Shown here: positions 1 through 9,356 of the stretch, in pieces | Layout: every line of letters begins with the position of its first letter | How positions within the stretch are numbered: the first letter of the stretch is position 1 | Source of the DNA: Cyanidioschyzon merolae | Lineage: Eukaryota | Length of the DNA stretch: 64,000 nt | Reading direction: 5' to 3' (one strand) | NCBI GenBank assembly: GCA_000091205.1 | Contig: AP006498.2 | Position numbers and translations under genes: made by a program | The notes under the pieces: generated by a model | Database searches by the model: none | Seen by the model: the letters and a program-made list of their open reading frames with translations, nothing else | What the model was told of the DNA's origin: nothing

Positions 1-19
1 CAGGACGTTCGGAACTCAT

Positions 20-1869
20 CTATCGGCATTGTGGAAAAACGGTGCGTGCGTTCCGTGTATGCTCGTGTCGACGGCGCTGGTGCGCTCGCTTTTGTGGACG
101 CCCTGCTCCGTACGCTACTACAAGCTTCTGACTCTTGTCTTCCTTGAGAGCGCTGAACTCATTGAAGTTGTTGAATGCACACGGCTTCCCCTGGTGCATT
201 TTCGTACGCTGACGAACACAACGGGGCGGCTTGGTGTGCTCGTTCCACAGCTCCTCGTCATGAGCAGCGCGAATTCTCGTGAATGAAAGGAAAGCTTGAA
301 AGTGCGCTCCTCGGCTCGTCACGCTGCTGATCGCTTCCTGGGGGCACGTTCACTCATGAGCCCCACTTCTGACTTTTTTCCTCGCATTCATTATTCCCGA
401 TTCTCGGTAGTATCTCGCTCCTGAGAACTTTGAAAGACACATGTCTTTCTGACATAAGTTGCCGTCGATACCATCCTTCGCACACTTCGGAGCAACGATG
501 GTCATGATATTCGTGTTGCCGGGCTCAAGGCCGGAGACATTTTCATTCTCCTGCAATTCCTGCGTCTCAGGGTGCGCCCTATTGGTTTCTTTGTGCATCG
601 CCGAGGGCGCAGCCGACGACACAATGGGACGATCCACCTGCAACCGCCGATACTGGACACATATGGATACCCCATCGGTTTCGATCAATCCAGTGAATAG
701 CTGTTGTTTGCTCGCTTTGAGACGTTTGAAATCGAAGATACTCTTCCAGTACGTCTCCCGGTTTTCACCGGAGAATTCCTCCCTGCTAACATCGAACTCC
801 GGACAGATCTCCTTCATGATACCGTGAAGGATTCTGGAGCCGATACTCACAAAATGTGACTTGATGTTGCATATAGGAACCACGTTGAAGCGCTTGCCCA
901 TTAGGAAAGCCTTCCGTCTCTCCCACTCTTCATTGTTTTCCTCACTCAGTTTCATCTCCGCCTTGCGTTCGAGTTCTCGGTCCAAAAACACGAAAGATCG
1001 CAGGATGAGGCGATGGTATCCTTCCTCATCTTTTTCAACTCTGATATACTTTCTGCTGGACTCGCCAGCCCCAGGACTGCACAGTGCTCTTGTATAGCCG
1101 CACGGGTTACAGAAGCTTCTTTCGTTCTCCTGCGTGACGCTTTCTTGTCGACAAATTCGATCTCCTGCTCATCCCGGGAATCGTTCGTAATGGCATCGAT
1201 GATGGCCCACATCCCTGTGCGAGACAGGCCCGGGCGCATTGCAAAGACGGAGCGTATCATGAAGCGCTTGAGGTTTATGTTCATACGATTCTTCAGGTTT
1301 GTGAGATACTTTATTGCCCTGTCTTCGTACATGCGCCAGTGTCCCCTGTATCGAGTAACGTTGAAGCGGTAGTTGGCGAAGCTTTCGTGGAGGGCGTGCT
1401 CCCGCTCATTCCTCGTCGGCGTTTCCCCTGTGCAAACCGCCAGGTGGCGGATGAAGGTCTTGTTGAAAAATTCTTCCCGACACTCGAATGGTTCAATTTG
1501 CGTCACGTCGTGAAACATCTACGTCACCAATTTCATTACTCCTGAAAAAGCCTTCATAATACTCATGGCGTACGACTCGACACGGTTTCTGATGGCCTTT
1601 TGCAACTTTTGCTCGTACGGATCCTTGATAAATCGAAGAGGACAGGCTTTCACCACCGTCTCGCCGTAGTGTAGCCTTTCGTGTAGCTTTTGGCTCCCGG
1701 CCTCCTGCCTCTGATTCTTCGTCCTGTTCCCCTGGACTCGGCACCGTTTTTCGTTTACTTCCGGCAGCCGGCGCCACTGCGCCTCCAGGATCTTCCACTT
1801 CCTTTTCCATAACTTTCCTTTTTCATTTTTCATTCGAAAAAGAACACACTTTGAACGCTTCTCCGACAA
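20..1869 (-). mobile_element. Degenerate transposase-like remnant, split across four consecutive minus-strand ORFs (20..322, 350..991, 952..1518, 1519..1869) in different frames; it runs off the window start
   Basis: Four back-to-back ORFs in shifting frames on one strand suggest one gene with frameshifts. The 952..1518 product carries 'YRGHWRMYEDRAIKYLTNLKNR', which resembles the DUF4218 motif of EnSpm/CACTA (Tnp2-family) transposases ('YRWMYPFERYM..LKKYVRN'). The region is lower in GC than its surroundings. The domain match was judged by eye only. Confidence 0.35.
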
Positions 1870-3090
1870 ACAGCGAAAAGCACTTGAATATACTTACTTG
1901 AGGGCTGAAACACAATTGAACTGAAAAACTATTCTTTGCGATGCCTTCAACGCAAATACAACTTGTACTCTACAGCTAGATCATATAGATCAGGCTCGCG
2001 TTTCCCTTCAACGGCGAGGTGCGCGTCGTATCTCGTGCCTGCCACATCTCCCAGGTGCGAGTATCGAGTACACTACGTAGAACAAAGAACAGAGACTAAT
2101 CACTTACTAGCAACGAAATTACGATTTCTTTTCCCCTCTACGGTATACGTAAAAATGGAGGACAGGTTTCCGTATTTTCGAAGCTTTACCTTATGGGTGA
2201 AATTTCCCGCGAGCCGGAAGAGTCTCCCAGACTTGTGCTTCATGCCGCCAAGTGGCAGGTGCTTGATTGAGATCCGAGCAACTTGTGCTCAACGCAGTTT
2301 CTTCTGGGACTTGGAGCGGGCATGCTGCGTCTGGGCGTCGCCTGGCCCTAGTGGACCCCTAGTACATCGCTTCGCGCTGCCGCTTTTCGTGGGTCTGTCT
2401 GCGCAGCTTGCAGGCGCTCAGAATAATTAAGAGCCTCAACTACGTCTCACCTGAAGCATTCCTCGAGCCGACGCCCTCAGTGGTATGGCAAAGCTGTTCT
2501 GTCTCTGTGCAGCATCTGGTTCAGCGGTGTGAGCGCTACGGCGGGTGCTCACGGCAGGTAATCAGCGATCAATAGCACGTGCGAAACGACCAGTATTTCC
2601 TTGAGGAAGTACGGGTAATGGAACTTGGAGGTATGGTGCATCATGGTACACAATTACGTGAATCTTCATACCCACCCCGAAATCTGGGATCCAATGTCAA
2701 TGTAAACGTTTTGTCATCGAAGAAAACATCGACGCACCACACCATCAGGAAACCTGCACGCACGCATTCCAGTGCAGATCGCCGAAAGCGACGCGATCAC
2801 GAAACGACAGTGGCCGAAGCCTGGATCGCGCTGCCACCGCAGAGGCGCACGGAGAGCCTGCCACGTGTCCATCGTGTTTGATCATGCAAACGCGCCGCGA
2901 TGCTTCGTTGCGCGGCGGGTGCGCTTCCAGGGCGGACACCGCCCACTGTGATCGCCGCCTAGTGAGGGCGGCGCTGACGTTGACGCGCAACGCGTTTGAG
3001 AAATGAGGTTCTTTTGTCGGTGCACGGCACGCGAGCGCTGGTGAACGGTCAACCGAACGCTGTGCACGCCCTGTTGCCGTTATTTTCCCT

Positions 3091-4284
3091 ATGAACTCGT
3101 CTCGAGTATTCGAGGAGAACGTGACTCTCGAGAAACAGGTTGGCATCTGGTCGCGTCTAGGGCTGTCCACGGAGAACGCTGAGCTTGCGGCCTCAAAGCA
3201 AATTCGGCGGAAACACCCGCACGGCAGTCGACGGGCCCGGCTCCTTCGTGAGCACCCCGAGGTCTCCAAGCTCTATGGTACCAACAAAAAGTCTGCGTTA
3301 TACGTCGTTCTGCTTGTTGCGCTGCAGCTTGGCGTGGCTGTGTTGCTTGGCACAAGTGGCCGCACCTCCTGGGTCAGCGCAGCGGTGCTCGCGTATGTTT
3401 TTGGCGCTGTGGTGGACCACGCTCAGTGGGTGCTCATTCACGACGCGACACATAACCTCATTTTAGAGTCAGTTGTGCTCAATCGTCTAGTACTTTGTAT
3501 AGCGAATACGATTCACGTGCTTCCCTCGGGGATGATGTTCCGATACTATCATATTCTGCACCATATCGAGCTCAACCGTGTGCAGCGGGACCCCGATGTG
3601 CCCGCCGCGTGGGAGGCGCGCCTCGTAGGCAACTCGAGCTGGCGCAAGGCTCTGTGGCTGGCGCTGTTTTTCGTTTTCCAGAGTTTGCGTCTGGTTTCTT
3701 ACAGCCACCGCATACCGAACATGCGCGAGTACGTCTGGTTTGGCATCAACACAGTGGTGAACTTGGTAGCCATGGTTGGCGTTTGGCTTCTAGGCGGTTG
3801 GATCAGTATTTTTTACTTGACCCTGTCCAGCATCTTCAGTGTTGGGTTACATCCGTTAGGCGCTCGTTGGATTCAAGAGCACTATCCGACGCTACCGTTC
3901 CAGAGCACCTACTCGTACTACGGTTGGGCGAACAGGGTCGCGTTCAACATTGGTTTCCACAACGAGCATCACGATCTGCCGAGTGTGCCCTGGAACAAGC
4001 TGCCAAAGTTGAAGAAAATGGCTCCTGAGTTTTACGATACCTTGTTCGCCTATCGCTCGTACCGCCAGCTCTTGAAAGAGTTTATTCTGGATCCTCGATG
4101 GTCATTGCTGCGACGATGGGAGGCGGACCTGGCCGCTGCACAGAAAGAGCGTCTCGAGCAGGACGCGGGCGACGCTGGCAAGGAACCCGCGACGGTACCC
4201 CCGTCAACTGAAGAGTGCGAGTGCGCCGCCGACGCGCCAGCCAAGCCGCCCGTTGACGACTGGACAGACATGGCTTTACGGTGA
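3091..4284 (+). CDS. DES1: Sphingolipid delta4-desaturase (dihydroceramide desaturase, DES1/DEGS family), with an acidic C-terminal extension
   Basis: ATG at 3091. Lipid_DES-like N-terminus ('HGSRRARLLREHPEVSKLYG'). Three histidine boxes: HDATHN, HILHH and HNEHHDLP. Multiple hydrophobic segments. 397 aa. Confidence 0.9.
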   Translation: MNSSRVFEENVTLEKQVGIWSRLGLSTENAELAASKQIRRKHPHGSRRARLLREHPEVSKLYGTNKKSALYVVLLVALQLGVAVLLGTSGRTSWVSAAVLAYVFGAVVDHAQWVLIHDATHNLILESVVLNRLVLCIANTIHVLPSGMMFRYYHILHHIELNRVQRDPDVPAAWEARLVGNSSWRKALWLALFFVFQSLRLVSYSHRIPNMREYVWFGINTVVNLVAMVGVWLLGGWISIFYLTLSSIFSVGLHPLGARWIQEHYPTLPFQSTYSYYGWANRVAFNIGFHNEHHDLPSVPWNKLPKLKKMAPEFYDTLFAYRSYRQLLKEFILDPRWSLLRRWEADLAAAQKERLEQDAGDAGKEPATVPPSTEECECAADAPAKPPVDDWTDMALR

Positions 4285-5207
4285 GATGATTACATTAGGG
4301 ATGCTTGACGACAAGTGGCCGCAGAAACACTGTACGATAAAAGACGACACCTTTCGAGGTGAGGCAAGCGCTCCTGCTGCGCATTTCGCGTACGGCTGAC
4401 CGACGCAGCGATACTGCAGAAGCGCTATCCCGGCGGTCGCGCATGGCACATCGCCTCGTTGCGCAGCACGACACGCCGACAACGTGCCGAAGTGGTCAGG
4501 CCCGAGTGCGGTTCACCCCAGAGGATCGTGCGCGTTGAGGAGCTCTGGGATGCGTCATTAGAAGCAAAACGCCGTGCGTTCGCATGAACTCAGTGGTCCA
4601 CGGGTCGAGAGCCCGCTCCAGTGCAGTTCATTGTCTACTGTAAACGGCGTTGTGGCAGATTTGATTCCGTGACAGAGCAACCCAGTATGCAGAGCGAACG
4701 AGCTCGGTACCAAGAAACCCCTACATGGCAAATGTAGAAACTGCAACCATCATCATCGTCATTTAAAAAAACGTCCGTTATATTATGGGCCCGAATACCT
4801 GAACAAGACACATCCCGCGTCATCCAGTTCCCTATCGGCGACGTGCGCGCATCTGCAGAGATTATCCCGGAGTTTGGAAATCAGCCGCCAGCCAGCGCAA
4901 AAAACCACCCCGAGTCGATGCCTCGATAGACACCGCCAATCGGTTCTGTTTCTGAACACCGACAACGATCGTGTCGGTGACCGCTTCTACAGCCTCACCT
5001 CAAGCGCTGGCCAGCACGCGTGGCACCCGACCGCTCGCTCTATCGATCTTGCTCGTATTTCTCGATGAAAACGTGCGCTGGTATCTGAGACACGTAAAAG
5101 CGTCAGCGAAGCGCCAGATATTTCTTCACCAGTGTCTGCAAACACTTGCGCAGCTCCGCCAGACCCGGATAGACGCAGTTTTTCGGTTCAGCAAGATTCC
5201 AGCGTAA

Positions 5208-5209
5208 CC

Positions 5210-5241
<32 letters not shown>
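5208..5241. repeat. (CAAG)n microsatellite, ~8 units
   Basis: Direct read: caagcaagcaagcaagcaagcaagcaagcaa. Confidence 0.95.
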
Positions 5242-5430
5242 CCAGACACCAGAGGCGCATCAATGAGTCCATTGTTCAAGTGATCGAATCAGTGTTTCGC
5301 TTTGGATGAGCGATCTGGGGTCTCTTTGCAACGTGCGAGCAACCGAGGAGCGTGTCTGTTATGTCTCATCTGCGCGTTAGGATAGCCATCGCGCATGCTG
5401 ACAATACGCTGTGATGCCATTCGATGGACC

Positions 5431-5446
5431 GGGGGGGGGGGGGGGG
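5431..5446. repeat. Homopolymeric G16 tract (C16 on the minus strand)
   Basis: Direct read of 16 consecutive G, about 215 bp upstream of the coiled-coil gene ATG. Confidence 0.95.
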
Positions 5447-5662
5447 TGCACAACCCGCGCACCATCGCGATCACATCGTCTTCGAACGATTTGGGATATA
5501 TATGTACATTGCTATTCAATACGAATCGACCGTTGCAACCTCCCGCGCGCAGACTCGAATCGCCACTGCCGATCCCGGGGGGCTAGAACCGAACACCGCC
5601 TCCTCCGGCTGGTCGTCGACGTCGGCGTGCACGACAAGGCGTTTAAAGCGTCACCTGAAGCT

Positions 5663-7111
5663 ATGTTTTCGTCAGGGGAGCGCTTCTTCGGTTCCGTGCA
5701 ACGGAAACTTCGATATAGTGATGCGAGTTCTTCGGAAACATCGGAGGCGCAACAGGGCGGCGAATCGCCGACACTATCGTGCATTCTTCGAGAGCACACA
5801 GCTGAGCTGCGAAAGGCGCAGACGAAACGCCTCGGAGTGCGCCAGCGAGCAGCTGCCCGGCCGGCACTGCGTGATACAACAAACACAGTGAAGACGGTTT
5901 CTGGTGAAGCGGGGGTTGCGGCGACGTCGGCAGCGCCCGAAACGGGACCGGGGGTCGAGGAAACCAAAAACCCGGTTGCGCCAGCGCCTTGGGTCCAAAA
6001 GCACTCGCCAGCTGCAAGAGCGCCGAGCCCCACGCGCGATACCCTTACAGCAGAACGGCAACGTGTAGGTTCTCAGGGAAACAGTGCTCGTGGAGTGCCA
6101 GCGCGCACTTCGGCTGACACAGCTGTTGCACGGAAGCCAGCGCGCTGCCGAAACGAGTTGCGTGTTCAACCAGAGAACGAGTCCTCTGCTCCTGTCGCTG
6201 GTGCTGCACAAAACCAGAACGCCCAGCTGGTACTCGAGCTTGCCAAGCGAGATGCTTTGATCGCGTCGTTGCAACGAAGGTGTGCGCAACTTGAAATGGA
6301 CCTCGCCGACGATCGGCAAATGGAGCAACTGCTCGATGGTTATCGCGAAAAGCTGGATACAGCTGCTGAAGAGAATCGCACTCTAGAGGAGGCCCTCAGA
6401 ATAGAACGTCAAAATCAGCAAGCACTCCAGGAAAAACTTGCATCCTATAAAGAGCGGCTCGCAGCATGGCCAGAAAAGCTCCGAGCCGAAACGCGGGCCC
6501 TCGAGGCAACCCACGAATATCAGTCAAAGGAAGCGCGATTGCGCATACAGCGACTCGAAGCGGAGAAGCACCAACTGCAGGATGAGTTGCAACAAAGCTG
6601 GGACACCGTCGCGAGTTTGCGAGCCGAGCTTGCGAGCGTGCGGGAAGAGAACGCGGAGGCCGTGCGCGAGGAGACCCAGCGCATGCGCCGCGACTACGAG
6701 CAGAAGCTTCTACAAGCGCTCAAGGAGCTCGAAGAGCAGTTCGATGCATATCGACAGGAAGCAACCGAGGCGCTCGGTCGGTGGCAGCGTCGATGTATCG
6801 AGATGGAACGGGAGCATTGCGAAATGTCGGAGCTTCTTCGCCACTATCGACAGAAAAGTGAAGCGTTGACTCGCTCCCGGGACGCGCTCGAGCGGCAATT
6901 GCAGGACCAGATAACATTCGCCGCAACCACTATAGAGAGCAAAGAGGCTGTCATCGGACAACTCGATTCTGAAATAGAGGCTCTGCAGAACCGGATTGGC
7001 GAACTACAGGCTCAGATCGATGACCTGGAACTTGGAGATACTCCAGCTGGGAGCGACGAGCTCGCTATCTGTGCCGCATCGGCGCCACGTCGTACGACCT
7101 TGACCCGGTAG
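5663..7111 (+). CDS. Coiled-coil protein of unknown function. The supplied ORF starts at 5411, but the first plausible ATG is 5663 (MFSSGERFF...).
   Basis: 482 aa from the ATG at 5663. The C-terminal ~300 aa are strongly heptad-like and rich in E/Q/R/L ('LQEKLASYKERLAAW', 'RIQRLEAEKHQLQDELQQ'). No enzymatic motif was recognised. The upstream part of the ORF crosses the poly-G tract and is probably not coding. Confidence 0.55.
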   Translation: MFSSGERFFGSVQRKLRYSDASSSETSEAQQGGESPTLSCILREHTAELRKAQTKRLGVRQRAAARPALRDTTNTVKTVSGEAGVAATSAAPETGPGVEETKNPVAPAPWVQKHSPAARAPSPTRDTLTAERQRVGSQGNSARGVPARTSADTAVARKPARCRNELRVQPENESSAPVAGAAQNQNAQLVLELAKRDALIASLQRRCAQLEMDLADDRQMEQLLDGYREKLDTAAEENRTLEEALRIERQNQQALQEKLASYKERLAAWPEKLRAETRALEATHEYQSKEARLRIQRLEAEKHQLQDELQQSWDTVASLRAELASVREENAEAVREETQRMRRDYEQKLLQALKELEEQFDAYRQEATEALGRWQRRCIEMEREHCEMSELLRHYRQKSEALTRSRDALERQLQDQITFAATTIESKEAVIGQLDSEIEALQNRIGELQAQIDDLELGDTPAGSDELAICAASAPRRTTLTR

Positions 7112-7343
7112 GTGCCTGCACGTTACCGTTGCAGAACGCGACGCGCTCTCTCTGGACGCTTCTTCTCAGCGCCGTCATTGCATGCTCAGCGCAGCCGCCC
7201 CGGGGTCGATGAATCTCAGGCACATGTGCATCTCGTTCCGACTTTCGGCTATGGATGGCACCCGGAGAGCCGGCGTACACCATGGTAAACGCGCTGCTAG
7301 CCGGTTTCTTCTCGCGCACGAGCGCCAGCCAAGAATTGCCATG

Positions 7344-8948
7344 CTATCGGAGAACTGCGTAACATCCGAAAACTTTCGATGTAAAGAACAGACCTTGCTC
7401 CGAACTCGGACGCAAGTCGCTGCCTTGCTCGCGTGGTCCGACAATCATAATCTGTCGAATATGCGAGTCTCGCCCGTTCTGATGGTTTCCATATATGACG
7501 ATCTGAAGATGAAAAACCTCCAACGCGGACTCTAGTGGAGGCTTTCGCATCATCGTGCGACTCAGTTCACTGGTGTTCATCGAGTTCTCTGTTCGCGAAT
7601 GAGGAAGGGTGCTGTCCCTGCGGTCTAGGTCAACAGATGTATGCATGGGCTCGTCAGGTGGAGGCATTTCGAAACTGTCCTCCGTACGGAGTCTAGGTTC
7701 GACGCGCGCGTCCACCGCGGTCACCAGCTGCATCGCTGGGCTCGCTGCTGGCGATGTCGACACAACCAGTCCGGATTCATCGAATTCCAGGACAGCGGCC
7801 GGCGGTGGCAGTGGAATCGTGATCCATCCGCGTGGCTCATGAAGCTGGCAAAAAACGGTTTCGCGAAGGTCGTGGAAATCGGTGCCTGTCCAGACGCCGA
7901 TTCGATTCGGTGTATAGCTCTCGTCCAATTGATAGTTCAGAAACATCCGTATTTGCGAGACTTTGGTTTTCTGACGAAATTGAATTGAGATCTTATGCGG
8001 CTGCGCACCATCGGTCTGGAAAAAGGTCTGCACATTGCCGTCACGCATCAGCTCGATGCCGTTCCCTTGTTTCGCAGATGAAACAGACCAAACCGCCTCG
8101 TCGCCAAGCTCTCGCAGCGCCTCAAGCTGCGTCTCGCTCTTATCGCTTTCGTTTGTAAGGCGCCGCAGTAGTTGGGGGATGCGGCGATCCCACAGCAGGT
8201 CCGGGTATCGCTGCTGGAGTACGCGCGGAAGGCCGAGTCGACCGGGGCGGGTCGGTGGCGAGGCTATCGATGTTTCGCGCCGTCGTTCTGTGTGCGGCGG
8301 CATGGAGCATCCGCTGGGACTCGAATCAGGTGTAGACACCAGCGATGCAGGCAGCGTTCCGTGAACAGGCCTCGAGCGGCTGCCAGCAAGCCGATCGATG
8401 CCTCCGCTCGCTGGCGTCGTCTCTGGTGCCGGGAATAGCAGTCTTCGCCGGCCACGTGGCGGAGGTTCCTCAGCACGGGTTCCCTCAAAGAACTCGCGAG
8501 AGGGCCTCAGGCGTTCCATAAACGTTTCTAAGTAGCTATGGAGGGAAGTTTCGCTACCGAAGTGTGCCCTGGTCGTGCTGGTATTGGCTCCGATGAGCGT
8601 CTCTGCCGCGGGGTGTGTGTGAGCGGGATCGACTCGCACACAGCGTCGTTGCCGCCAGATCGTCGGGGCGCGATCGCGCACCGACGTCCGCAACGCACGG
8701 CGCGATGGGGTTGCTTCGTCGGGCGCCACGATGCTCGCGGCAACCTCTGGCGTCGTGCTTTCGCGGGTGCTTGTGCTCCATGCTGAGCTGCTCTGTGTTG
8801 ATGGATGAGCCAGGAGGTCGAGCGGCGATACCCAGCAATGCGAGCGCGCGCGCTGGTAGCAGCTTGGGGTCGGCGTTGAGCTCTGATGCGCAGGGCGCTG
8901 CAGGGCTTCACTGCGGCAGCGTGCGTGCTTCTGCGATTGCTTGGACAC
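7344..8948 (-). CDS. APC10: Anaphase-promoting complex subunit 10 (APC10/Doc1, DOC domain). The ORF extent is given; the true start is probably an internal ATG (8519 or 8303). A ~90-aa low-complexity stretch sits inside the DOC domain.
   Basis: 'REIGDEAVWSVSSAKQGNGIELMRDGNVQTFFQTDGAQPHKISIQFRQKTKVSQIRMFLNYQLDESYTPNRIGVWTGTDFHDLRETVFCQLHEPRGWITIPL' and later 'FHLQIVIYGNHQNGRDSHIRQIMIVG' align with human ANAPC10 ('...[24 protein letters not shown]...[39 protein letters not shown]...[22 protein letters not shown]'). The C-terminus ends ...VLR, comparable to the APC10 IR tail. Confidence 0.85.
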   Translation of the reverse strand: MSKQSQKHARCRSEALQRPAHQSSTPTPSCYQRARSHCWVSPLDLLAHPSTQSSSAWSTSTRESTTPEVAASIVAPDEATPSRRALRTSVRDRAPTIWRQRRCVRVDPAHTHPAAETLIGANTSTTRAHFGSETSLHSYLETFMERLRPSREFFEGTRAEEPPPRGRRRLLFPAPETTPASGGIDRLAGSRSRPVHGTLPASLVSTPDSSPSGCSMPPHTERRRETSIASPPTRPGRLGLPRVLQQRYPDLLWDRRIPQLLRRLTNESDKSETQLEALRELGDEAVWSVSSAKQGNGIELMRDGNVQTFFQTDGAQPHKISIQFRQKTKVSQIRMFLNYQLDESYTPNRIGVWTGTDFHDLRETVFCQLHEPRGWITIPLPPPAAVLEFDESGLVVSTSPAASPAMQLVTAVDARVEPRLRTEDSFEMPPPDEPMHTSVDLDRRDSTLPHSRTENSMNTSELSRTMMRKPPLESALEVFHLQIVIYGNHQNGRDSHIRQIMIVGPREQGSDLRPSSEQGLFFTSKVFGCYAVLR

Positions 8949-9167
8949 ACTGGGGTGATCAGTGCGTGTTTTGGGCTTGTGTGCTAGAACCAGATATTAC
9001 CACGACGTTGGATTCTGAGATTCGGACTATATGGCATAGGAGCGCTCGTGTGGGTTTTGTATCGGATGGGATTTGACGTCACGGGAATTTTACGGATGTC
9101 TCGTGGTCAACGGGTGCGCGAATAGACAAGTCTATGGTGCTGGAAGCGGGCATGGCGTGAAGATATT

Positions 9168-9193
9168 CAAAAAATGGACGGAACTGGAAAAAG
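9168..9193 (-). terminator. Pol III-type T-run terminators downstream of the tRNA 5' half (minus-strand CTTTTTCC, then ATTTTTTG)
   Basis: + strand ggaaaaag (9186..9193) and caaaaaat (9168..9175) lie immediately 3' of the T-loop end of the gene on the minus strand. Confidence 0.45.
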
Positions 9194-9202
9194 ATTTGAT
9201 TT

Positions 9203-9315
9203 GGAATCGAACCCACGGCCATTGGATTAAAAGTCCAATGCTCTACCGCTGAGCTACGTTGGCTGCGCACGGCGCGTCGAATGCTCAATTCGCGGTGCGA
9301 TCGCCAACGGTGGGG
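9203..9315 (-). tRNA. trnK-UUU: Permuted tRNA-Lys(UUU) gene on the minus strand. The 3' half (T-stem 3' strand, acceptor 3' strand and discriminator; + coords 9302..9314/5) lies upstream of the 5' half (acceptor 5' strand through T-loop; + coords 9263..9205). A 38-nt intervening sequence separates them.
   Basis: Minus-strand read: GAATT-CCCCACCGTTGGCG-[atcgcaccgcgaattgagcattcgacgcgccgtgcgca]-GCCAACG TA GCTC AGCGGTA GAGC A TTGGA CTTTTAA TCCAA TGGCC GTGGG TTCGATT CC. The 5' half folds into a canonical acceptor 5' strand, D-arm, anticodon arm (loop CUUUUAA, anticodon UUU), variable loop and T-stem 5' strand plus T-loop. It lacks the T-stem 3' strand and acceptor 3' strand. The exact complement (CCCAC + CGTTGGC + G) sits 38 nt upstream. 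That gives perfect 7-bp acceptor and 5-bp T-stem pairing with a junction in the T-loop. Chance occurrence of the 12-13-nt complement is negligible. This architecture matches the permuted tRNAs described in Cyanidioschyzon merolae and some prasinophytes. Confidence 0.78.
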
Positions 9316-9344
9316 AATTCGCAGCAATGTACATTGTTCAAAAT

Positions 9345-9356
9345 TGATATATATAG
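9345..9356 (-). promoter_or_regulatory. TATA-like element upstream of the permuted tRNA (minus-strand TCTATATATATCAA), ~30 nt 5' of the 3' half
   Basis: + strand gatatatatag at 9345..9356. Permuted tRNA genes have their internal A/B boxes out of order, so they are expected to rely on an upstream promoter. Confidence 0.4.

Noticed and set aside
1888-1910. U1 snRNA-like 5' end (atacttacttgagggc, against U1 ATACTTACCTGGC)
   Set aside because: Only about 9 nt of similarity with a mismatch in the 5' splice-site-pairing core. No Sm site or stem-loops are recognisable downstream. An intron-poor host also makes a match on so little similarity likely to be chance.
5411-5662. First 84 codons of ORF 5411..7111, including a poly-Gly stretch encoded by the G16 tract
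   Set aside because: This is an artefact of reading through the homopolymer. The N-terminus (PFDGPGGGGGCTTRAPSRSHRLRTIWDIYVHCYS...) is not plausible as protein, and a clean ATG at 5663 precedes the coiled-coil body.
9195-9264. tRNA-Lys(UUU) read as a 3'-truncated pseudogene or tRNA-derived SINE fragment
   Set aside because: The exact missing 3' portion (CCCAC-CGTTGGC-G) is present 38 nt upstream in the correct orientation. That makes a functional permuted gene far more likely than a truncation.
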